Below, one piece after another: positions 37,549-44,755 of a stretch of DNA of 64,000 nucleotides; the first letter of the stretch is position 1; every line of letters begins with the position of its first letter. Source of the DNA: Opitutales bacterium (lineage in GTDB: Bacteria; Verrucomicrobiota; Verrucomicrobiia; Opitutales; JAFGAQ01); contig CAXXVT010000016.1 of the NCBI GenBank assembly GCA_963676215.2, positions 45,689-109,688 of the forward strand, in the 5' to 3' direction. The translations under genes were made by a program, and so were the position numbers. The notes beneath the pieces are model-generated. The model ran no database searches, was not told the DNA's origin, and was given only the letters and a program-made list of their open reading frames with translations.

Positions 37549-37935
37549 CCCTCAATAGTGGATTTTTCTGCATCCATGAAAGGATTCATCGCAGTAAGTG
37601 GAATTGTGGGAGGATTTGTTAAACTCGATTTTTGGGAATTAATTCCTGATTTTCAAGGTTAGGAGTATCATCCGATACGGAAATGTATTTCAGCTGCCAA
37701 TTGATTGCTGAAACATTTACTGAAAAGAATTCGGATTACGACCCCTGCGACACTCCGAAGTTTCCGGCCCTGAATTAACCTCGATGAATTGTTCTCTCAT
37801 TTGGGTTTTGATTTGATTGATGATGGGTTCCTGCTATGATCGTTAAAACTAGAGTTATCCCAAATTATTACTCCAATTCCTTCCAAATACAGCGCTTGAT
37901 TACCTGCGTGTTAAAAAATAACTTTAAAGTTAATC

Positions 37936-38337
37936 TTGAAATATACGATTAAAGATTACATTAGTGGTATTGATTGTACTATCTGCATGTTAGGTATTGA
38001 TGGGAGATACCCAGCACTGGATTTTCTAGAGGAGAACGAACGAAAATATGAAAAAGATGTGGCAGAGGTCCAACGCTATATGGAGCGAATGGCTAAAGCT
38101 GGACAAGTTCGTAACAAGACCAAGTTTAAGGCATTGGAGAATGGACTATTCGAATTCAAATCAGGCACCAACGGATTGCGGGTCACTTGCTTTTGGCACA
38201 AAGGGAAACTTTTGATTTGTGGACATTGTTTCATCAAAAAATCTCAGAAAACGCCCAAAAGACATCTCAAAAAAGCACTAGGAATTAAGAAAAACTTTGA
38301 AGATACACTGAAGACTGAAGGTATTCATCATGAATAA
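37936..38337 (+). CDS. higB: Gp49/HigB-like (RelE-fold) toxin of a TAC module
   Basis: PALDFLEENERKYEKDVAEVQRYMERMAKAG...KFKALENGLFEFKSGTNGLRVTCFWHKGKLLICGHCFIKKSQKTPKRHLKKA matches the phage Gp49-like/DUF891 toxin pattern. The start is uncertain (TTG 37936 or ATG 37987). Confidence 0.7.
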   Translation: MKYTIKDYISGIDCTICMLGIDGRYPALDFLEENERKYEKDVAEVQRYMERMAKAGQVRNKTKFKALENGLFEFKSGTNGLRVTCFWHKGKLLICGHCFIKKSQKTPKRHLKKALGIKKNFEDTLKTEGIHHE

Positions 38338-38815
38338 GATTGAAGACAGAATTGAATCTCAAAAAAGTCGGGTAAAGAACACTTTGACCTACAAAGTGTA
38401 TGGCTTACACGTGGATTTAACTGAGAATTTTCTCGAACAATTGGATGCGCTTAAGCTCACTCAAAAACAGCTCTCCGAACGTGCGGGACTAAAGCCTTCG
38501 TATGTTAATCGGGTGCTGAATAATCCGTCTAACCTCACTATCGAAACGGTAGTGAAACTTGCGGAAGCGCTGGAGATGGACGTGAAGATGCTTCTCAAAA
38601 AGAAAACGGAAAACTCGTGGTTTAAATTTTCGGGTGAAGTTTATGAAGGATTTAAAAAGGTATTGGAGTCGGCCGTTGATGAAGTGATCGAATCCAAATT
38701 GAAAATTTTAAAGGAACAATTGCATTGGGAACTCACATACGAAAATCGAAAAATCGACAGTGATGAACTAGAATCTGAACCATTAACCGACGATGAATTC
38801 CCCTTTGCAGCTTAA
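38330..38815 (+). CDS. higA: XRE-family antitoxin with a C-terminal extension (candidate chaperone-addiction tail)
   Basis: HTH LKLTQKQLSERAGLKPSYVNRVLNNPSNLTIETVVKLAEALEM, followed by about 70 extra acidic residues. It overlaps the toxin by 8 nt. Confidence 0.75.
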   Translation: MNKIEDRIESQKSRVKNTLTYKVYGLHVDLTENFLEQLDALKLTQKQLSERAGLKPSYVNRVLNNPSNLTIETVVKLAEALEMDVKMLLKKKTENSWFKFSGEVYEGFKKVLESAVDEVIESKLKILKEQLHWELTYENRKIDSDELESEPLTDDEFPFAA

Positions 38816-39236
38816 GACCTACCGCTTTTTAAAAACTTTTGTAGAGGCGAACCCGATCCAAGAAGGAGAGGTGAGTATGTCCATTGGTGTCGACTCCGAC
38901 GTTCGCTTGAGCGAAGCAAACGACGGAAAAGACTGGATCGTTATTCTTTCTGTAAAACTGAAGGAAAATGAGGAGGCTAAACAACCGTCCGCTTACAAGG
39001 CGGATATCACGGTATTAGGTCAATTTAGTGTCGACAGTGAATACCCGGTGGAGAAAACACCCCGGATGGTAGCAGTTACTGGAGCGAGTCTGCTCTATGG
39101 AGTGGTCCGGGAAATGGTAGCCAACATCACGGCCAGAAGTATTCATGGTGAATTTACTCTCCCCGTGACCTCATTTGTTGATTTAGATCCCAAGAAAATT
39201 GAATCACAATCAGGGAATTCCTCAACCGAAAGCTAA
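38793..39236 (+). CDS. secB: SecB-like chaperone (TAC-type)
   Basis: LQLKTYRFLKTFVEANP...ADITVLGQFSV...MVAVTGASLLYGVVREMVANITARSIHGEFTLPVTSF parallels the SecB core (CPNILFPYAREaIsdLvtrGgFPpLmLaPvNF). It overlaps the antitoxin 3' end. Confidence 0.7.
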   Translation: MNSPLQLKTYRFLKTFVEANPIQEGEVSMSIGVDSDVRLSEANDGKDWIVILSVKLKENEEAKQPSAYKADITVLGQFSVDSEYPVEKTPRMVAVTGASLLYGVVREMVANITARSIHGEFTLPVTSFVDLDPKKIESQSGNSSTES

Positions 39237-39403
39237 CGGATTGCCCCAGTCGAAAGGCAGTCTGCCGATGGTAGTTGGGTCGTTTATGGTTGTTTTAAGC
39301 CACAGGGGTTCCTTCGTTGTTCTGGCGAATGGACTCCTCATTCTCCCTTGCAATCAAATTGAATTTGGAGGGATATTGCACGATGATCCGTGTAATGTGT
39401 AAC

Positions 39404-39620
39404 GACAGACCCTCCTAGCCTAATGGCTTAGGATATGGCTTTCGCCTCGTTCGCCCGATAAGCAACGGGGCATTCTTGCATTTAAGGATTCTCCACAATT
39501 AACTTGAATTCAAAGGCATTCTCGACGATCTTATTGACAGGACTTTAAAGGTTCCTACCCGGTGACAAGAGCCCAGGGGGCTCTTCCCAAGCAATTGGGA
39601 TAGCCGGGTTGGTCAGTTTT
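39404..39620. repeat. Island repeat, copy C (most complete copy)
   Basis: gacagaccctcctagcctaatggcttaggatatggctttcgcctcgttcgcccgataagcaacggggcatt ... attaacttgaattc ... taaaggttcctacccggtgacaagagcccagggggctcttcccaagcaattgggatagccgggttggtcagtttt, in the same orientation as copies A and B. Confidence 0.8.
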
Positions 39621-39624
39621 TAGA

Positions 39625-40308
39625 CTAATAGTATTTCGTGTTTCCTGTGCGAAAAATGTCAAATTCACTTCGGATGACAGACTTTATCAGATCGTAGGAT
39701 CGAAAATCACCACGGGACCATTTGCGATAAACTCCCCAATTGAAATAGTCCGCTATTTGTAAATCATAGTTCGATTTGCTATCATGATGATAGATTCGGT
39801 AACTAGACGAAGAAGGGATGATGGCTGCTAAAGTCTCCTTAATTGTTTTCTCAACCGATTTTTTCTTTTTCGCGATAGGAATCCGATCGGTAAAGACAAT
39901 GACTTCTTTGTATTTGGTAAGATCGTGACTTTCCAAAACATATTTAAGTAAGTAGCCCAGCATCTTCGGATAGAACTTCACTGGCATTTGCAGGCTTGGG
40001 CCTGTTTTTCGTTTTTCAACTATAACGGCATCATAGTGAACACCCGTCAGATGATCACAAATAACCTTAAAAACTTCATTTCTGGTCGCCTGCTGATCCT
40101 CCGCTGCATGGAAGTACTCAATACCAATACCTTTTTCAACAAGGTCGTATTTGAGCTCATTCAATTCATGACTCGCATCAAACGGACGTTCTTTTGTAAT
40201 ACAACCGAGTAAGAAATACTGAGTTCCTTTTGCTGAAAAATCGAAATTTCCAGCTTCGTCCAAGAAGATATACAGGAAACGGTTTTTATTGTCAGATTGT
40301 GAGAACAT
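39625..40308 (-). CDS. DUF3800 family protein
   Basis: FLYIFLDEAGNFDF (DExG start motif), HAAED, and C-terminal HHDSKSNYDLQIADYF (LQxAD) are the hallmark DUF3800 blocks. I placed the start at ATG 40308; the track start 40329 is TTG. Confidence 0.7.
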   Translation of the reverse strand: MFSQSDNKNRFLYIFLDEAGNFDFSAKGTQYFLLGCITKERPFDASHELNELKYDLVEKGIGIEYFHAAEDQQATRNEVFKVICDHLTGVHYDAVIVEKRKTGPSLQMPVKFYPKMLGYLLKYVLESHDLTKYKEVIVFTDRIPIAKKKKSVEKTIKETLAAIIPSSSSYRIYHHDSKSNYDLQIADYFNWGVYRKWSRGDFRSYDLIKSVIRSEFDIFRTGNTKYY

Positions 40309-40399
40309 ATCGTGCTTGCGGGGCCTCAAAGTTTAGCAAATCCGGAAAACGCTCTTCGCAATAGATATCAAATTGGGTGGCTTGTTTCATATTCAAAAA

Positions 40400-41524
40400 C
40401 TATTTCGTTTTTCGATAGTTAACTTCATTACGAGCGTGCCGGAGAACAGCTTCGACTTTATCGAATTCACCCGCGGGAAACCATATCGGCGTTATACCGA
40501 TGTTCAGCAACTCTGTATTTCGCTTACGAAGATCCTCCAATGTTAGTGGAGCTTGTTCGATGGAGAAATGTTGCGGCAAGATTACATCCCCGATGGATTC
40601 TTTCACAGCTTGGAAAACCTGGATCGTGCGATCGTTATTCAAGCTACAGCCAATGAACAAGAGACTACTGGTTCTGTAATAATACCTCAGTAATTTTGGG
40701 ATGGGACGAGAGAGATCAAGCTCCGGTGCTCCGTAGGCTTCGTCATATTGATTCTTCCCCAAAATACAACGATGAGGATCCCTGATATCCCCATGCAATT
40801 TGATCACGGTAACCTTGTTCGCGTCAGGTGATTCCATTGCATTCAAGCCGTTGACAACTTGAACTTCATCATCTGGACCTACATCAAAACTTTGTTCCAA
40901 CAAACGATCATAGTTCGTTGTGATCAGTGTATCTGAAAACAATTCGGAAATGCGTAGGGTGATATCTTCCAAATTCCCTGTCTTTGAAAATGCATCACGG
41001 ATCTCTTGAGCAAAAACATCCTTCCCGCAGGTGTTTTCAATTTGTTCAATTAGCTCTTCAAATGCCCCGTTTTCCAAAAAAGACTCAATGACAGCAGACT
41101 CGATTCCTGCTGTCTTGCCTTGTTCCCTCAAATGATTCTTCCATGTTGGAAATCCTCCTGCCACTGAAACACCAGCACCGATGAACGGAACAACAGATTC
41201 TTCCATCAAACGGGCAACCATTTGATCAAACCGGGTTTTATTTCTTCTAAACCAATGATCATCACCAAAACTTTCAACAATAGCCTCCTTACTGAGCACA
41301 TCGTGCATTCTTTCAATATGGAATTGCTGGAATGCTTGATCGTATGCCTCCTTGTCACCAGCGTAAAATCCCTTACTCGGGTGTGCTAAGTTATCCAACC
41401 CAAAACGATTACAAAACTGGGCGGCATCACTTTCCCTACTATCGATCCAATCATTAAAATCTCTAAAATTTTCGAACAAATCGTGATTGTCACTATTACA
41501 CCAACTTTCGAGGACTTTTGACAT
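40400..41524 (-). CDS. SIR2-like (SIR2_2 family) protein with a roughly 130-aa unknown N-terminal region
   Basis: VVPFIGAGVSVAGGFPTWKNHL, LITTNYDRLLEQSF, VIKLHGDIRDP, LLFIGCSLNNDRT. I trimmed the start to ATG 41524 (MSKVLESW), 13 nt after the hsdS stop. The longer track ORF would overlap hsdS by 86 nt. Confidence 0.8.
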   Translation of the reverse strand: MSKVLESWCNSDNHDLFENFRDFNDWIDSRESDAAQFCNRFGLDNLAHPSKGFYAGDKEAYDQAFQQFHIERMHDVLSKEAIVESFGDDHWFRRNKTRFDQMVARLMEESVVPFIGAGVSVAGGFPTWKNHLREQGKTAGIESAVIESFLENGAFEELIEQIENTCGKDVFAQEIRDAFSKTGNLEDITLRISELFSDTLITTNYDRLLEQSFDVGPDDEVQVVNGLNAMESPDANKVTVIKLHGDIRDPHRCILGKNQYDEAYGAPELDLSRPIPKLLRYYYRTSSLLFIGCSLNNDRTIQVFQAVKESIGDVILPQHFSIEQAPLTLEDLRKRNTELLNIGITPIWFPAGEFDKVEAVLRHARNEVNYRKTK

Positions 41525-41537
41525 AATGGAGGCCGTT

Positions 41538-43268
41538 TTAGCCAACTGCTTGTTCGACCAAACTGTCGGCGAGCTTGAGTTGGGTGGCTTGGGCGGTGGC
41601 GAGGTTGGCTTTGAGTTGATCACACAGCGCCATCAGCTCATCGACTTTGGCGACGATGCGGTGTTGTTCGTTTTCAGGCGGGAGCGCAAGAGTGATTGAA
41701 TTCATCTTTACCTGGTTCATCTTGGGTTGAGCGGTTCCCGTTACGTAGGGCTCCAGCGAAATCGCGTTGATATGCAGGCACACATAAAGAAGGAGTGTTT
41801 CAGAGATTCCGTCGAGGACGTGAGCGTGATTGTTAACCCAGTATTTCCCTCGGGCCATGAAGGCGATAGGTGTGGATCTATTGATGAGATTCGCTCCATC
41901 TTCCCCAATGAGAAGGAGTGGTTTATCGAACAGGTAATCATCAATTGAGTCGATCACACCGGAAGCGCCGTAGTAATCAAAGTCCCCCTGCCGCGTCTTT
42001 CGGGTATCTACCGAAAGCGGCACTCTCTCAGCGTCACGGTTGTAGACGACATCTCCAAATGGAGCGAGAACCCAACCGCTGGGCACTGCTCTCTCTGTTT
42101 CTCCAGAGGGTGGATTTGCGGTTTTTTTCTGCTTCTTTAGCTTTCCGTCTTCGATGAGCTTCACTCGTTCGACGGAAATTCTCTTGATGAGCTTATCTGC
42201 CGGTTCGTCGTTGGGATTCTGGGGGATGAGTTTTCCCATGACGGCGAGTTGGAGGATGGTTTGTTTGAGTTGGCCGATGCTGCTTTCGGTGGTGAAGAGG
42301 GTGTCGAAGTTGACTTGGATGCGCTGCCAGGCATCGGCAAAGGATGAGGCGTTAGCGGTGGAAGAGGTCAGGGCATCCAGCAATGTGCGAACAAGGGTGT
42401 CATGAGTTTCAAGACTGTTTTCTTGTTCCTGCTCCAATTGATCGCACAACGCCATCAATTCATCCACCTTGGCAACAATGCGTTGTTGTTCGGCGAGGGG
42501 TGGGATCGGGAATTCGAACTTCTCCAGCACCTTTTTACTTAGACCTTCGATAGCCATTCCAACCTGCCTTCCCCAAACGAGCTTTTGTACTAAAGGAGAC
42601 AGGATCCCAAGATGCAAAAACTCGGCCATCTCTGGTTCAACCAAACGAATAATCGTCACGTGTTGGCTAACGTTGGCTGTGACAAGTTCTTCGGGGAATA
42701 TTGTCGATCGGCCAAGCGAGGCTCCTGTGATATTGAGTAGAACATCACGAGGGAACACTTGAGTATTGTTCATTGCCTCATGCGTTTCCTCAGGAATGTA
42801 GGCGGTGTCGTCGAGTCTTAAGCCGTCATTCCATACATTTTGGGACCGCAGAAAAATGATACCTTCAGGGACATATGCGCTTTTACCGCCGCGGGGAGTG
42901 CTGCCAGAGCCGAGTTTCGATGTCAGATTTCCAATTCTTTCAAACATCCAGCCAGGAGGAAGCGGAAACGGAAATTCGTCTTTATCAACAGGCGGTTGCT
43001 TAGGCTGCTTTCTAATTTTTCCATCGTCGATTAGTTGAGCTTTCTGAGTCGCGATTCTCTTTAGTAGTTCTTCGGACGATTCCTCATCTGGGTTCTGCGG
43101 GACAAGCATTCCTCGGACAGCCAACTCAAGAATCAATTCTCGCAGCCTTTGAATCCCGTAAAGCTCCCGCTTGCTACTTGAGCCCCTTCCTACACTCGAC
43201 TTCGCCTTCACCGCCGAGGTCCAGACGTCGAGATTCTCGGTGATGAGTTTTTCAGCGGTCTCCATCAC
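41538..43268 (-). CDS. hsdS: Type I restriction-modification specificity subunit HsdS (two TRDs)
   Basis: 576 aa with two variable target-recognition regions separated by conserved helices (PLAEQQRIVAKVDELMALCDQLEQE and PPENEQHRIVAKVDELMALCDQLKANL). There is a 4-nt overlap with hsdM. Confidence 0.92.
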   Translation of the reverse strand: MMETAEKLITENLDVWTSAVKAKSSVGRGSSSKRELYGIQRLRELILELAVRGMLVPQNPDEESSEELLKRIATQKAQLIDDGKIRKQPKQPPVDKDEFPFPLPPGWMFERIGNLTSKLGSGSTPRGGKSAYVPEGIIFLRSQNVWNDGLRLDDTAYIPEETHEAMNNTQVFPRDVLLNITGASLGRSTIFPEELVTANVSQHVTIIRLVEPEMAEFLHLGILSPLVQKLVWGRQVGMAIEGLSKKVLEKFEFPIPPLAEQQRIVAKVDELMALCDQLEQEQENSLETHDTLVRTLLDALTSSTANASSFADAWQRIQVNFDTLFTTESSIGQLKQTILQLAVMGKLIPQNPNDEPADKLIKRISVERVKLIEDGKLKKQKKTANPPSGETERAVPSGWVLAPFGDVVYNRDAERVPLSVDTRKTRQGDFDYYGASGVIDSIDDYLFDKPLLLIGEDGANLINRSTPIAFMARGKYWVNNHAHVLDGISETLLLYVCLHINAISLEPYVTGTAQPKMNQVKMNSITLALPPENEQHRIVAKVDELMALCDQLKANLATAQATQLKLADSLVEQAVG

Positions 43269-44755
43269 TTTTCTCCCGAGAGGGCGTTTTCAAGAATGGC
43301 TTTGAGCTGGTCACGGAGGCCTTGGATTTGTTTCTGTTGCCCGTTGTATTTGGTCAGCAGTTCCTCTGGATCGTGTGTGATTTGCTCTCCAACATGCGGG
43401 TTGGGAATGTCGAGGTTGTAGTTGCGGGAAATGATGTCCCCAATAACGACTTTCCATGCTTGTTCGGTTTGAACACGGCTTTTGAAATCGTCTTCCTCGG
43501 AGCCCCACCAATCGATCTCGGTTTGGAACTCCTCGAAGCGCATGGGTTTGGTTTTATTGTAGCTGGTTACACCGTCGGGGTAAGGGTGTTCGTAGAACCA
43601 AATGTCTTTGGTGCCCGGTTGCTCGCTCTCCGGCTTTTTGGTGAAGAAAAGGATGTTGGTCTTGATGCCAGTATAGGGAGCGAAGACTCCGTTGGGTAGG
43701 CGAACAATGGTGTGCAGGTTGCACTTTTCGAGCAGTTCTTGCTTGAGTCTTGTTTTCATGCCTTCGCCAAAAAGAAAACCATCGGGCAGGACTACAGCGG
43801 CGCGGCCGTGGTTTTTCAGCAGCTTAATGATAAGCGCCATGAAGAGATCGGCCGTTTCCCGGGTGCGCAGGTTGGCGGGAAAATTGTTCTCGATGCCGTC
43901 TTCTTCGGTGCCACCGAAGGGAGGATTCGTGACGATGGTATCCACCCGATCTTTGTTACTGTAGTCCTTGTAGGGGCGACTGAGGGTGTTGTCGTGGCGG
44001 ATGTTCGTGGGAGTATCGATGCCGTGCAGGATCATGTTGGTCGTGCAGAGCATGTGCGGAAGTGCCTTCTTTTCGACACCGTGGATGCTGTTGATGAGAG
44101 CCTCTTCGTCCTTGGCTGCCTTCACATAGTTGCTGCGCTTGTGGTCGATCGTGCATGCGAGGAAGCCGCCAGTTCCGCAAGCGGGGTCAAGGACGGTTTC
44201 TTCGAGCTTGGGGTCGACGCGGTTGACGATGAATTGAGTGACGGCGCGCGGGGTGTAGAATTCGCCCGCGTTGCCCGCGCTCTGAAGGTCTTTGAGGATT
44301 TGCTCGTAGATACTGCCGAAGGTGTGGCGGTCGGCTGTGTTATTAAAATTGATCTCGCTGATCTTGTTGATGACCTGACGAATTAAGGTGCCCGACTTCA
44401 TATAGTTGTAGGCATCTTCGAACACATTGTGAATGACCTGGGCACGCTTGCCGTTCGGACCTTCCAGTGTGAGTTTGTCTTTTAAGGTCGGGAAGAGCTG
44501 CAAATTGATAAAGTCGCTCAGTGCATCTCCGGTCATGCCCTCTGGGTCGGAGGCCCAGTTGCGCCAGCGCAGGTGTTCGGGCAGCGGGGACTGGTAGTTG
44601 TCTTCGAGGGTTTCAACTTCCACTTCGCGATCGTCGTAGATTTTGAGGAAAAACATCCAAACCAGTTGACTGATGCGCTGGGCGTCACCGTCGACGCCGA
44701 CGTCTTTTCGCATAATGTCCTGAATGGACTTAATGGTTCCACTTACGTTACTCAT
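43265..44755 (-). CDS. hsdM: Type I restriction-modification N6-adenine DNA methyltransferase HsdM
   Basis: HsdM N-terminal domain (IMRKDVGVDGDAQRISQLVWMFFLK), AdoMet motif I (VLDPACGTGGFL) and motif IV (IVTNPPFGG). Confidence 0.93.
   Translation of the reverse strand: MSNVSGTIKSIQDIMRKDVGVDGDAQRISQLVWMFFLKIYDDREVEVETLEDNYQSPLPEHLRWRNWASDPEGMTGDALSDFINLQLFPTLKDKLTLEGPNGKRAQVIHNVFEDAYNYMKSGTLIRQVINKISEINFNNTADRHTFGSIYEQILKDLQSAGNAGEFYTPRAVTQFIVNRVDPKLEETVLDPACGTGGFLACTIDHKRSNYVKAAKDEEALINSIHGVEKKALPHMLCTTNMILHGIDTPTNIRHDNTLSRPYKDYSNKDRVDTIVTNPPFGGTEEDGIENNFPANLRTRETADLFMALIIKLLKNHGRAAVVLPDGFLFGEGMKTRLKQELLEKCNLHTIVRLPNGVFAPYTGIKTNILFFTKKPESEQPGTKDIWFYEHPYPDGVTSYNKTKPMRFEEFQTEIDWWGSEEDDFKSRVQTEQAWKVVIGDIISRNYNLDIPNPHVGEQITHDPEELLTKYNGQQKQIQGLRDQLKAILENALSGEK

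Noticed and set aside
39199-39402. 67-aa plus-strand ORF after the SecB-like gene
   Set aside because: It overlaps the secB-like 3' end out of frame and runs into island repeat C. Its composition is unremarkable and it has no partner signal.
41525-41623. Upstream 33 codons of the SIR2-like ORF (track start 41623) overlapping hsdS by 86 nt
   Set aside because: The overlapping segment is low-complexity (PTSPPPKPPNSSSP) and is read from the strongly conserved hsdS C-terminal helix region in another frame. ATG 41524, just after the hsdS stop, is the more plausible start.
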